Of a stretch of 49,849 nucleotides of DNA, positions 33,135 through 43,070 are shown piece after piece. The translations under genes were made by a program, and so were the position numbers. The notes beneath the pieces are model-generated. The model searched no databases. It saw only the letters and a program-made list of their open reading frames with translations, and was not told the DNA's origin. Position 1 is the first letter of the stretch. Every line of letters starts with the position of its first letter. The DNA lies in NCBI GenBank assembly GCA_007280275.1, contig QYQB01000173.1, forward strand, positions 1 through 49,849, in the 5' to 3' direction. The stretch comes from a bacterium (lineage in GTDB: Bacteria > Bacteroidota > Ignavibacteria > UBA10030).

Positions 33135-35189
33135 TCATGCCTTGGGCCGTGATTGCAGCATGGCCTTCAGAAGGATTTCAACATCCAATGCAAGCGACTG
33201 GTTCTTTGCGTAGTACAGGTTGTATTGCTCTCTCTCTTGTTCGGAGAGCGTGCGGTTTCGCTGAAGCTGGATCAAACCTGTGAGGCCGGGTTTCCCGAGA
33301 TAGAGTGCGCCGCCATGGCCCGGAGAACCTGTGGAATCGTGAGTCGTTCCTTCGATCACCTGTTGGAACGTCTCTGGTGGGCCGACGAGACTTCTCTTCC
33401 CGGAGAGGACCGCAGGGAGCCGGAGAATGAACTGTGAACGGGAGGTTCCGGGCGCGATTCTCCTGAAATATACGAAAGGATAGATCGAAATCAAAAGCAG
33501 GAATGAGACCACGACGTCGAAGAACCGCTTCAATGTTCGATTTGTTGACTTCTCGATATCATACGTAATCTGGACAAGCGGCAGCTCATTCAGTGAATCG
33601 ACGCTTCCCTTTCCAATGATGACCTCGAGCGTGTTGGGAACCAGATGGAAATTGACCGCCTGTTCCCTGGTCCGCCCGATCACTGAGAGGATATCAGTGT
33701 ACGAAAGCGTCTGCGTGGAGAAAATTACGTCGCTCACGCGCAAATCCTGAATGACCTTTCCAATATTATCGGTACTGCCCACGATCGAAAGGCCTGCCAG
33801 TTCCCCCCCAACCCGCTTCCTGTTGATGTCAATGAACCCCAGAACGTCGTAGCCGTCACTCACCCGGTTGCGGAGTCGTCGCAGCAATTCCTGCGCAGAC
33901 TTGTCCGTCCCGACAATCAGCGTCCGCCGACCAAGGATGCTCCTGCGCCCCTCCGCCGAGCTTCTCCCGATCACACGGAGCGAGAGCCGCCAGGACGGAA
34001 GAAAGACCGTGCTCAGCAAGCCCGAGATGATCGTCACGCCGCGGCTGAAACCGTAGTCTTTGAAGAAAAATACAAGCGCCGAGATGAACACGTAACTCAA
34101 CGCCGTCGCCACAATCGAACGCGAGACCGACATCCGGCGATGCGTGTAGACTCCGGCCCAGAACATTCCGCCGACTACGATGAGTGCGGGCACGGAGTAA
34201 ATGATCGGATACGCGTGAACCGGCAAACGAGAGAACGTGCCGAACCAGATCCACTCCGCCAGCACAAGCGAAAGGTCAACGAGAATGATATCGACGAGAG
34301 CTATCCCAAGGGGGCGAAGGAACGCTTTGACGATGGCGAGGCGCGATGAAACAGTGATCGCACACCGTATGAGGAACGCGAGCATCAGGGAACTGCTCAG
34401 ATGCTTCTGCACAAACAGGTGCATCGCCTGGTAGAAGGTTCGGATTTCGTTCAGGTTGCTCCGCTTTGTGCTTTCCCCTTTGTAGTGGATGATCTGAGTC
34501 GTATGGACGTAGTAGTTCTTCCACCCGGCTCTCTGGATCCGATAACACCAGTCAAGATCCTCGCCGTACATGAAGAAATCCTCGTCGAGACCCCCGACCT
34601 GTTCATAGGCTTCCCTCCGCACCATCATGAATGAGCCGCTGACGGCGTCGATTTCGTATGTTTCATCCGGGGAGAGATAGGTCAGGTTGTACCGGCCAAA
34701 CAATCGTGAGGTCGGAAAGAGAGCGCTCAATCCGACCATTTTGGTGAACGCTGCCCAGGGTCTCGGAAAGCTCCTGCGACAGGCGAGTTGAAATGTCCCG
34801 TCCGGATTCAGGATCTTGCACCCGGCGAGACCCACATCGTGGTTCTCTTCGAAAAACCGGAGCATCACGCGCAAGGTGTCTTCCTGCACAAGCGTATCGG
34901 GATTAATCAGCAGGATGAATTTCCCACGGGCGCGTTTTAGACCGACGTTGTTGGCTTTCGCGAATCCCAGATTGGACTTGCTAGCGACTAACTGCACGGC
35001 GGGAAAACGGCGGCGCACCATCTCGATGCTGCCGTCGTCCGAGGCGTTGTCAACAACTATGATCTCCCCCTTCATCCCCTTCATCGCCTTTTGCAGCGAC
35101 ACAAGGGCGTGGTGGAGAAAATCACGCACGTTGTAGTTGACGATGATGATGGAGAGCAGCGGAGCAGATTGTTGACGTTTTCCAGCCAT
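33135..35189 (-). CDS. Fusion protein: N-terminal GT2 glycosyltransferase plus WbaP-like membrane/Rossmann region plus a degenerate phosphoglycosyl-transferase (PGT) domain
   Basis: GT2 part: LLSIIIVNYNVRDFL...IIVVDNASDDGS...LINPDT. The middle has TM helices and RRTLIVGTDKSAQELLRRL...GYDVLGFID. The C-terminus LKRFFDVVVSFLLL...SLVGPPE...GKPGLTGLIQL aligns to the PGT domain of 37574..38989 but lacks about 60 residues, including KFRSM and the DE(V/L)PQ dyad. Confidence 0.8.
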   Translation of the reverse strand: MAGKRQQSAPLLSIIIVNYNVRDFLHHALVSLQKAMKGMKGEIIVVDNASDDGSIEMVRRRFPAVQLVASKSNLGFAKANNVGLKRARGKFILLINPDTLVQEDTLRVMLRFFEENHDVGLAGCKILNPDGTFQLACRRSFPRPWAAFTKMVGLSALFPTSRLFGRYNLTYLSPDETYEIDAVSGSFMMVRREAYEQVGGLDEDFFMYGEDLDWCYRIQRAGWKNYYVHTTQIIHYKGESTKRSNLNEIRTFYQAMHLFVQKHLSSSLMLAFLIRCAITVSSRLAIVKAFLRPLGIALVDIILVDLSLVLAEWIWFGTFSRLPVHAYPIIYSVPALIVVGGMFWAGVYTHRRMSVSRSIVATALSYVFISALVFFFKDYGFSRGVTIISGLLSTVFLPSWRLSLRVIGRSSAEGRRSILGRRTLIVGTDKSAQELLRRLRNRVSDGYDVLGFIDINRKRVGGELAGLSIVGSTDNIGKVIQDLRVSDVIFSTQTLSYTDILSVIGRTREQAVNFHLVPNTLEVIIGKGSVDSLNELPLVQITYDIEKSTNRTLKRFFDVVVSFLLLISIYPFVYFRRIAPGTSRSQFILRLPAVLSGKRSLVGPPETFQQVIEGTTHDSTGSPGHGGALYLGKPGLTGLIQLQRNRTLSEQEREQYNLYYAKNQSLALDVEILLKAMLQSRPKA

Positions 35190-35695
35190 AGGTGAATTTC
35201 ACGCAAAGACGCAAAGAAGAAAATGATGCAAGTTGACCGCATTTCGGAAGGGTTAAAACCCCTGAAAATCTTGGTTGAGATTTATGAGAGGCTGTCCAAA
35301 AAGTACTATCAACCCTTACAGCTACTTCGGGAAATCTGATATATCGACGATTTTCAAAACTCAACGTGGTCGAAATGGCATTTCGACCTACATTTTGCAC
35401 AGCCTCCAATTGCCTCGACCTTGAGGTCGGGGAATAGAAAAACCCCACAAAACCCCCAAGAGGCTTTAGCCTCTTCCCAACGAGCGGTCAACTTGAGAAA
35501 AGGACTTAGAGCTCAGGCAGGTCATTGACGACTCTTGGAGCCTGCTGAGAAAGCACGATCGACCACAATCTTGCCAATCTCGTTTTCATTCACAGTTGCC
35601 TCGGATCATTTAAGCATCAAAACTCACTTCGCGTTCTTTGCGCTCTTCGCGGTTTGCTTTTCTTTTCACCATCCATTGCGCAAAGAGACGTGAGT

Positions 35696-36412
35696 TCACC
35701 GCCCGTCAAACAGGCTCCTGAGTTTCAATCTCCACACCATCCACACTGCTTCGTACACGATTTTTTTAGACATCTTTGATACGCCAATGCGGCGATCCAC
35801 AAACACGATCGGGATCTCGCAGACACGGAAGCCCTTCCTCCAGGATTTGAAGCTCATTTCGATCTGGAAGGAATAGCCGTTGGAATGAATCGCGTCAAGA
35901 TCGATGCTTTCAAGCACCTTCCGCCTGAAACATTTGAATCCGCCGGTCGCATCACGCACCGGCATCCCCGTGATCACCCGCGTATAGATATTGGCAAAAT
36001 AGCTGAGCAGAAGCCTTTTCATTGGCCAGTTGACGACATTGACCCCCTCGATATACCGGGAGCCGATGACAAGATCAAACTCTTCCGCTTTTGCAAGGAG
36101 TCGGGGGAGCTCCGCCGGGTCGTGCGAGAAATCAGCGTCCATCTCGAAAATGTAGTCGAAGCCGTTGGCAAGGGCGAACTTGAAACCAGCCACGTACGCC
36201 GTCCCCAGGCCCATCTTCCCCGGTCGCTCTATCAGATGAATGCGCTGCTCGGTTTTCTGCATCTCTTTCACAAGCTTCGCTGTCCCGTCGGGAGAATTGT
36301 CGTCAACGATCAGGATGTTGAAATGGCTCCCGAGGCTGAGTATGATCGGGAGCAGCCGTGGGAGGTTGTCAGCTTCATTGAATGTCGGGATAATGACAAG
36401 GCAGCGTTTCAT
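35696..36412 (-). CDS. Polyprenol-phosphate mannosyl/glycosyl transferase (Dpm1-like GT2)
   Basis: MKRCLVIIPTFNEADNL...ILIVDDNSPDGT...GKMGLGTAYVAGF...FEMDADFSHDP is the dolichol-phosphate mannosyltransferase-type pattern. Confidence 0.88.
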   Translation of the reverse strand: MKRCLVIIPTFNEADNLPRLLPIILSLGSHFNILIVDDNSPDGTAKLVKEMQKTEQRIHLIERPGKMGLGTAYVAGFKFALANGFDYIFEMDADFSHDPAELPRLLAKAEEFDLVIGSRYIEGVNVVNWPMKRLLLSYFANIYTRVITGMPVRDATGGFKCFRRKVLESIDLDAIHSNGYSFQIEMSFKSWRKGFRVCEIPIVFVDRRIGVSKMSKKIVYEAVWMVWRLKLRSLFDGR

Positions 36413-36456
36413 AGTGTGGTTCGAGTCTCGACTTGTTTCGTGATAGTGAATTCTTC

Positions 36457-37572
36457 CTATTTCTTCTCCATTGCTTCCATGACCGAGTGCGCGATGAACC
36501 GTTGCTGCTCTTCGGTCAGTTCCGTATGTATCGGCAGAGAAATCACATCCGCCGCCGCCCGCTCGGTTTGAGGGAACGATCCGGTCGGTTCCCCGACGTT
36601 CAGATAGGCCTGCTGCAAGTGCAAAGGGACCGGATAATAAATGGCATGAGGGATTTTCTTCTGCGTGAGCTGCTCGTCCACTTTGTCGCGGTTGGGAACA
36701 CGCAGCGTGTACTGGTGAAAGATGTGCCGCGCATACGATGCCTCGAATGGTATCGTGATCTCTTTCGCTTTGAGTAACTTATTATAGAAATGCGCCGACG
36801 TGCGGCGCGCTTCATGCCATTGATCGAGATATTTCAGTTTGACATTAAGAATCGCAGCTTGCAGAGTGTCGAGACGGCTATTGACACCCAGGATCTCGTG
36901 ATAGTAGCGCTTGCGTGACCCATGCATAATGATCGTGCGCACCTTCTCCGCAAGCCGATCATCGTTTGTGACGACCATGCCTGCATCACCGAAAGCCCCG
37001 AGATTCTTGCTGGGGAAGAAGCTGATGCAACCGAAGGTCCCGATGCCACCGACCTTGCGTCCTTTGTATTCCGCCCCCATGGCCTGGGCCGCATCCTCAA
37101 TAACAGGTATTGCGTGCCTTCGGGCGATCTCCATGATCGGATCCATATCGGCTGAATGGCCATAGAGGTGCACAGGCAATATCGCCTTGGTTCTTGGCGT
37201 GATCGCGGCTGCCAGAGCAGCGGGGTCGATATTGTAGGTCAAAGGATCGATATCGACGTAGATCGGTTTTGCACCGAGAAGGACGATCGTTTCGGTTGTC
37301 GCCACGAATGTGAACGGTGTCGTCACCACTTCGTCGCCGGGCCCGATTTCCAGTGCCATCATCGCCACCTGCAGCGCATCCGTGCCCGAGGCGCAGCCGA
37401 TGGCATGGCGCGTACCGAGGTATTTCGCGGCAGCGGCTTCAAATTCGCCGACCTCCTTACCCAGGATATAGTGCCCCGAGTCCAGAACGCGATGGATTGC
37501 ATCATCGATTTCGGGTTTGATTTTCTTGTACTGCGTTGTCAGATCAACCATTTGGATATTCATCGTGCTCAT
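36457..37572 (-). CDS. DegT/DnrJ/EryC1/StrS-family sugar aminotransferase
   Basis: ...ILGKEVGEFEAAAAKYLGTRHAIGCASGTDAL... and ...ISFFPSKNLGAFGDAG (PLP-Lys region). Confidence 0.9.
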   Translation of the reverse strand: MSTMNIQMVDLTTQYKKIKPEIDDAIHRVLDSGHYILGKEVGEFEAAAAKYLGTRHAIGCASGTDALQVAMMALEIGPGDEVVTTPFTFVATTETIVLLGAKPIYVDIDPLTYNIDPAALAAAITPRTKAILPVHLYGHSADMDPIMEIARRHAIPVIEDAAQAMGAEYKGRKVGGIGTFGCISFFPSKNLGAFGDAGMVVTNDDRLAEKVRTIIMHGSRKRYYHEILGVNSRLDTLQAAILNVKLKYLDQWHEARRTSAHFYNKLLKAKEITIPFEASYARHIFHQYTLRVPNRDKVDEQLTQKKIPHAIYYPVPLHLQQAYLNVGEPTGSFPQTERAAADVISLPIHTELTEEQQRFIAHSVMEAMEKK

Positions 37573-37573
37573 A

Positions 37574-38989
37574 TCAGGTATGTCCTTTTCCCATGATCAT
37601 TACGTAGAATGTATTAAAAAGTATCTTCAAATCCATCCGCCACGACATGTTCTCTATGTAGAAGAGATCGTACTTCAACTTCGCTTTTACATCTTCGATC
37701 GATTCATCATACTTGTGCTTGACTTGAGCCCACCCGGTGATGCCGGGACGCACTTTCAGCCGACGTTTGTACAGTGGTAACTCGGCCGCGAGTTTTTCCA
37801 CGAAGAATGATCGCTCGGGTCGCGGACCGACCAGGCTCATATCACCCCCCAACACATTGATGAACTGCGGAACCTCGTCAATATGTAGACGACGAATGAT
37901 CCTTCCGACACGGGTCACTCGCGGATCCAACTTCGCGGCCCAGACAGGTCCCGACTTCTTTTCTGCATCTGTCTCCATCGATCGGAACTTGAAGATTCTG
38001 AACGGCTTCCCGTTCTTCCCAACACGTTCCTGACCGTACAAGACAGGGCCCAGGGAATCCACTTTGATCAGGGCCGCAACCAAAAGCCAGAGAGGCAGCC
38101 CGGCCACAAGAATTAGGAAGGACGCCGTAACGTCGAGAACACGCTTGAGCGATTCCTCCCACGGCTTCATGATTTCGGATGTTACCTCGATGAGAGGTGC
38201 TCCATAGATGGAGCTCACGCGGGCCTGACCGCTGACAATGTCGTACAAATCGGCCATGATCTTTAAACCAACCTCATAGCCGGTGCAGGCATTCATGATC
38301 TGGATGAGTTTCTCGTGTTCCGACGAATCGAGGCCGATGAGGACCTCACGCACGTCATGGTCTTTGATGAGCGACGACAGTTGATCGCTCGATCCCACCA
38401 GCGGGATGTTCTTGTAGTCAGACCGCCTCGCACGCCTGGAGGTCTTGGCTTTGTCCGTCTCGACAAATCCAACCACCTTGTAGCCAAGCGCCGGGTACTT
38501 GAGAACCATGTCACACAATTCCCTTCCCTTCGCCGACCAGCCAACGATGAGCGTGTTTCGGGCGCCAATCCCCGCCTCTAGCAACCGTTTCTGGGTGGCG
38601 CGGATGGCCAGCCTCCCGATGCTTACGAAGCCGAAAAGGAGCAACCAGTATGCAGCAATCAGTATGCGGGTGCCGGGCTGAGGATTTGTGGATTCATCGT
38701 CAATGAAGATCAGGAAGAAGAGCACAAGGACACCGGCACCGGTTGTCCGGAAGAGGGTGATGATCTCATCGAGGCGTGACTGAGCATACCACGAACGGTA
38801 GAGGCCGAAGAAGGCGAAGAGAGCGAACCAGTACACGTACACTGCCAGCAGAGGCAGCACCAGATCCGGCTCGATAGGGTACATGAACCACCCACTCCGC
38901 ACCCGCAACATGTAGTAAGCGATATACGCGAGGTTGATGGTAAAAAAGTCGAGACCACAGAGAAACATGCGTTCAGTGCGCTTATTCAT
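37574..38989 (-). CDS. Polyprenyl glycosylphosphotransferase (WbaP-like large PGT), initiating enzyme
   Basis: N-terminal TM helices, NTLIVGWSAKGREL...GYKVVGFV, then a complete PGT domain: GPVLYGQERVGKNGKPFRIFKFRSM, RRLHIDEVPQFINVLGGDMSLVGPRPE and RPGITGWAQV. Confidence 0.92.
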   Translation of the reverse strand: MNKRTERMFLCGLDFFTINLAYIAYYMLRVRSGWFMYPIEPDLVLPLLAVYVYWFALFAFFGLYRSWYAQSRLDEIITLFRTTGAGVLVLFFLIFIDDESTNPQPGTRILIAAYWLLLFGFVSIGRLAIRATQKRLLEAGIGARNTLIVGWSAKGRELCDMVLKYPALGYKVVGFVETDKAKTSRRARRSDYKNIPLVGSSDQLSSLIKDHDVREVLIGLDSSEHEKLIQIMNACTGYEVGLKIMADLYDIVSGQARVSSIYGAPLIEVTSEIMKPWEESLKRVLDVTASFLILVAGLPLWLLVAALIKVDSLGPVLYGQERVGKNGKPFRIFKFRSMETDAEKKSGPVWAAKLDPRVTRVGRIIRRLHIDEVPQFINVLGGDMSLVGPRPERSFFVEKLAAELPLYKRRLKVRPGITGWAQVKHKYDESIEDVKAKLKYDLFYIENMSWRMDLKILFNTFYVMIMGKGHT

Positions 38990-39069
38990 GCTCTTCTCGA
39001 ACCTTTATGACTCTGTTTGCAGGGCTACACCTGGTTTTCGTTTTTTCCATGACGACAATCTGTGGGCTT

Positions 39070-39741
39070 CTATTTCGAGGATACGGTGTCCGCCATGAAA
39101 CCGACTGCACAATGGAGTTTCCCGACCTTATAGATTTCGTGGCGCGGATAGCCAGCACTCTTCAACAGTCGCTCGATCCGCGATTTCGTATAGAAAAAGA
39201 CACTGCACCCTCGCAGGGTCAAGCGAACCTTGCGAAGCGGAGCTCTCCACGTCCAGAATCTCGGAAATGAAAGAATGACCCTGTCGCTTGTTATCTCTCG
39301 CATTTTCTTCAGGACAGGAAGCGGATCCTCGATATAATCGAACAGGCCAATTCCGAAGCTCACATTGATTCTCCCCGGTGGACTGAATTGCAGAAGATCC
39401 GAGCGAACGAAGCTGCATCGGCCCTGGACGTTTTCCCTCGCCGCCATCTCCCGGCAAAGGTCGAGCATGTTTTCTGCGATGTCGATTCCGACGACGGATG
39501 CCGCACCCCTCTTCGCCAACTCGATCGAGTACAGGCCATTGCCACACCCGACATCGAGGAACACCCTTCCATCCGCAGGGGCACAATGCTGCATTGTAAA
39601 CTGGAAGCGCTCATACATGTCTTTTCGGAAAGTCCGATCCAGCCAATTCGCCACCGTAGATTTCTGGTGAGAGTAGATCTTCTGAAACGAATTGGCTTCC
39701 GAATTCCAGTAACTCCGTTGCGACTCGATCTCTTCTATCAT
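39070..39741 (-). CDS. Class I SAM-dependent methyltransferase
   Basis: Motif I VFLDVGCGNGLYSIELAKRGA, then VVGIDI. ATGA start/stop overlap with the upstream gene. Confidence 0.85.
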   Translation of the reverse strand: MIEEIESQRSYWNSEANSFQKIYSHQKSTVANWLDRTFRKDMYERFQFTMQHCAPADGRVFLDVGCGNGLYSIELAKRGAASVVGIDIAENMLDLCREMAARENVQGRCSFVRSDLLQFSPPGRINVSFGIGLFDYIEDPLPVLKKMREITSDRVILSFPRFWTWRAPLRKVRLTLRGCSVFFYTKSRIERLLKSAGYPRHEIYKVGKLHCAVGFMADTVSSK

Positions 39742-40559
39742 AGTCCGAGTACCTTTCTTATTGTTGTGAATTGGAAATCCCTTAAGAGCATTTCCAGTTT
39801 TCCTTCAGTTTGTGAAAGCCCATAGTAGTGTCGGATACTCTTCATCAGCGGTATTTTCACCTTTGGCTGCCCCGGGTCCAGTTCCCAGGGATGAAGGTAA
39901 AAAACGATCGGGATTCCTCGTCCGTTTGACAGCTCTATCATGCGTTTTGTAAACGTATATGGAAAAAAGCGAAAGTAACCGCCTCCGCCGCAGGGAATCC
40001 TTTTCCCGAAAATCTCAACACAGCCGAGAGGAACCTCATACAGGCGTTCCGTGATCTTGTAAGGCTTCAATGGAGCGTTGGGAATCCCGTAGTCGGGATG
40101 CAGGCCCATCGGGAAGACCGACGAGTCGTACTGAAAGTTAAATCGCTCGAGGATGTCGAGTGCCCACTTCGTTTCCTTGACAATGGAAAAAGATGGGGCC
40201 CTGAATCCTATGGGCTGTTGCCGAACCCCCGAGCGAGCCAAGCTTTCGAGCGCTCGCTGCAAGTCACGCTCAAACTCTTGAGGAGTTGCCTTCGTGACAA
40301 GTAAATGGTCGTGCCCGTGCACTGCGATTTCATGATTTCGGGCCTCGATCTCCCGAACCAAGGCCGGGACCCTATCGGCGATCCAGCCCAGCACGAAAAA
40401 CGTCGCTCGGACGTTGTGCCGGTCGAACAGATCGAGGAGCCGTCTTGTGTTCGATTCGACGCGCAGCTCACACTCATCCCAATGATCTTTCTGGATGACA
40501 CCGCTGAGATTGCTGACGCAAAACCAGTCTTCAAGATCTATGGAAATAGCATTTATCAT
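39738..40559 (-). CDS. Polysaccharide deacetylase, DUF3473 / PEP-CTERM-locus (XrtA-associated) subfamily type
   Basis: MINAISIDLEDWFCVSN...RVESNTRRLLDLFDRHNVRATFFVLGWIADRVPALVREIEARNHEIAVHGHDH matches the family pattern (DVEDYF..., ATFF.LGW.AE..P.L.R.I...GHE...H) as I recall it. Confidence 0.8.
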   Translation of the reverse strand: MINAISIDLEDWFCVSNLSGVIQKDHWDECELRVESNTRRLLDLFDRHNVRATFFVLGWIADRVPALVREIEARNHEIAVHGHDHLLVTKATPQEFERDLQRALESLARSGVRQQPIGFRAPSFSIVKETKWALDILERFNFQYDSSVFPMGLHPDYGIPNAPLKPYKITERLYEVPLGCVEIFGKRIPCGGGGYFRFFPYTFTKRMIELSNGRGIPIVFYLHPWELDPGQPKVKIPLMKSIRHYYGLSQTEGKLEMLLRDFQFTTIRKVLGL

Positions 40560-40617
40560 CGCCGATCAAGTCTCCACGAACCAATTCCTGTTCCATTCCT
40601 TCCGTTTCGTTCGATCT

Positions 40618-41832
40618 TCAAGCCTGTTCCAAGAGCTTACGATATGACTCCATCACAGTCTGAAATGAGTATTTCTGCTCCGCCGCCACTCGAGCGCGTT
40701 TCCCCATCTTAGTCAAGCGTCGTGGATCAGCACAGGCCTGCTGTATCACCTCAGCGAGTTGTGCAGCCTGACCCGGAGGAACCACCCAACCAATCTCTTC
40801 TTCCTGTATCACCGTTGCAGCCTCAGATCCTTGATCAACCATAGCGATGATTGGTTTCCCCACGGCCATGATATTGTACATTTTGCTTGGGACAGAGACT
40901 CCTGCCATTCCCGGAATGAACGAAACGACTCCAACGTCCGCTACATTGAGAATATCGCCAAGCATATTCCTCGGCTGCGGGGGCAGGAACGTCACATTCG
41001 TTAACTCATACTCTTTTGCCTTCGACTCGAGCCACTGTTTCCGTGCTCCTGTGCCTACAAAAAGAAAGTGAATATCTTCTCTCTGGCGCACCTTGAGCGC
41101 TGCACCCAGAAGAGCGTCAAGACCGTGCATTCTGCCGATGTTTCCCGAGTACTGAACAACAAACTTCTTGGTCAGGCTCAGCTTCTTGCGGAGCTGGTTG
41201 TCTCCTCCATTCCCGAGAAGAATCTCATCTACATCAGCCCAGTTTGTAATCACCTGCACGCGATTGTCTCCTGACGAGAGCTTGCGCGAAATCAGCTGAT
41301 GAACGTCACGGCCCAGAACAATAATGCGATCCACACCAAGGTATAGTTTCAGATACAACCAGGTGAGAAACCTGTCCATGATTCCGCCCTGCCGTATCAT
41401 GCCGGCCGCCACTAATGATTCAGGAAAAACATCATGGATAAGCAAGAAACATCTCGCTGATCTCAGTCGACTTGCAGCCAGTGCGACAAACGGTAATGTG
41501 GGTGGATTTGTCACGACGAGCACCGAATTACCAGCGGAGAGCCTCCTGAGGGCCTTCCAAAAGATCGAGAAGCTCACCGTCAAGAGGTTCACGAGCCGCA
41601 ACAGATCGCTGTTCTTGTTGAGTGCCGTACCGGAACACCGTTCGATTGTGACACCGTTGCGCGTTTTGCCCGCCGACTCTCCTGCAATTCTTCCATGTGG
41701 ATTCAGCGGACCACACAGGACATGAACTTCATACGACTTGGCAAGCCCTTCGGCGATTCTCGTGAGAATGTAGCCCGTGGCACTGTCATCGGGGTAATAG
41801 AGCTCAGAGAAAATGAATAGTTTGCCGTTCAT
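40618..41832 (-). CDS. GT4 glycosyltransferase (WcaI/WbuB-like)
   Basis: Start MNGKLFIFSELYYPDDSATGYILTRIAEGL (ATG 41832, directly after the upstream stop). The C-terminus is the usual GT4 E-x7-E region. Confidence 0.85.
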   Translation of the reverse strand: MNGKLFIFSELYYPDDSATGYILTRIAEGLAKSYEVHVLCGPLNPHGRIAGESAGKTRNGVTIERCSGTALNKNSDLLRLVNLLTVSFSIFWKALRRLSAGNSVLVVTNPPTLPFVALAASRLRSARCFLLIHDVFPESLVAAGMIRQGGIMDRFLTWLYLKLYLGVDRIIVLGRDVHQLISRKLSSGDNRVQVITNWADVDEILLGNGGDNQLRKKLSLTKKFVVQYSGNIGRMHGLDALLGAALKVRQREDIHFLFVGTGARKQWLESKAKEYELTNVTFLPPQPRNMLGDILNVADVGVVSFIPGMAGVSVPSKMYNIMAVGKPIIAMVDQGSEAATVIQEEEIGWVVPPGQAAQLAEVIQQACADPRRLTKMGKRARVAAEQKYSFQTVMESYRKLLEQA

Positions 41833-41833
41833 C

Positions 41834-43060
41834 TCACTTGATCCATCGACCGGTTTTCCTTCGAATGACTTCCTCATACACCCGCTCAAATTCCTCTGCG
41901 ACCATTTCCCAACGGTACCGCTCGCTTGCGAGCTTGTAGGCGTTTCTGACGAGGTGCCCTCTCAACTCGGCTGTTTCCAGCACTCGCAGCACTTGTTGGG
42001 CAAACTCCCCCTCCGAGTCAGCGATGAGCAGGTGTTCTCCACTCCGGCAAACAATCCCTTCACACCCGACAGACGTTGAAATAACGGGTATTTGCATCGC
42101 GAAACTCTCGATAATCTTGAGACGCATGCCGCCTCCGATGCGAAGCGGGACAACCGTCACCCCGTAGTGCTGGAGCTCTTCCTTCAGATTAGGGACGAAT
42201 CCTCTTGTGATGACATGCCCACCGTGCAAACGATCAACGTGTGGCGGGATTCCCTTGCCGATGAGGTACAGATTTGCGCCAGGCTGACGCGCAAGAATCC
42301 TTGGAAAGATACTCCCCACGAACCATTCCAGTGCGTCACGATTGGCAATCCAATCGAAACTCCCAAACATTGCGATGGAGAGAGGGATCGGCACCCTTTC
42401 CGTTCGCTCTCCAAAATAGGACGCGTCGACACCCCCGGGGATCACGTTGATATGAGCAGTCGGAGCCAACTCCCGCAATCGCGCCCCATCCTCATCCGTT
42501 ATGACACAGCATGAATCGAACGCGAGTGCCTGCTTCCCCTCGTAGGCTTTGATTTTCTTGTTCTGAGCGGCGAACCATGGATTCAAGAGTGGAGTTTTCA
42601 TCCTCTCTGCGTACCGCCCCATGATCACACTCTCGACATTGTGTTCCCGCAACACGATGGGCATGTTCTTTGCCAACTTGGCATAGATTCCATACTTGGC
42701 CATGTGCAGGTGGTCTGCATGCACAACATCGAACTTCCGCTGCTCCAGCAATGCTGACAAGGCCCGTTGGTAGGCCTCGACATGGTAGCGGGAGATAAGG
42801 TATGGCTCTTCGGAGAACAAGTTTGCGAGAGCGCCTCCCACGGAATTTCGCACCAGATGCGGAACGGTAACGATGTCGCAGAACTGCTCGAGCGGCACTG
42901 TGTCCGTTGGTGCATTCTTGTCCAGAGCCAGCATCGTGATGGCGTGACCGCGCAACGCCAAATGTTTCGTGATGTTGAAAATCCCCACCTTCCCGCCATC
43001 CAGGAGAGGAAAGGGAACTTGTGGAGAAAGCTGCAGAATATTCAGTGCGTTCGTGTTCAA
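41834..43060 (-). CDS. GT4 glycosyltransferase
   Basis: ...NILQLSPQVPFPLLDGGKVGIFNITKHLALRGH... is a GT-B N-terminal domain. ...ISTSVGCEGI...GEHLLIAD... is the GT4 C-terminal motif. TTG start. Confidence 0.85.
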   Translation of the reverse strand: MNTNALNILQLSPQVPFPLLDGGKVGIFNITKHLALRGHAITMLALDKNAPTDTVPLEQFCDIVTVPHLVRNSVGGALANLFSEEPYLISRYHVEAYQRALSALLEQRKFDVVHADHLHMAKYGIYAKLAKNMPIVLREHNVESVIMGRYAERMKTPLLNPWFAAQNKKIKAYEGKQALAFDSCCVITDEDGARLRELAPTAHINVIPGGVDASYFGERTERVPIPLSIAMFGSFDWIANRDALEWFVGSIFPRILARQPGANLYLIGKGIPPHVDRLHGGHVITRGFVPNLKEELQHYGVTVVPLRIGGGMRLKIIESFAMQIPVISTSVGCEGIVCRSGEHLLIADSEGEFAQQVLRVLETAELRGHLVRNAYKLASERYRWEMVAEEFERVYEEVIRRKTGRWIK

Positions 43061-43070
43061 AGGTCGCCGG

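Noticed and set aside
35629-35670. A c-di-GMP-I (GEMM-I)-like string on the minus strand (aGCAAACCgcgaagaGCGCAAAGaacgcgaag), which would be attractive in an EPS cluster
   Set aside because: Only the two short words resemble the riboswitch core. The P1 and P2 helices and tetraloop/receptor cannot be drawn. The element lies directly after a stop codon, about 440 nt from the next start. ACGCAAAG is itself a local repeat family.
35885-36571. 228-aa plus-strand ORF
   Set aside because: It is antisense to the Dpm1-like GT2 gene, which has unambiguous motifs.
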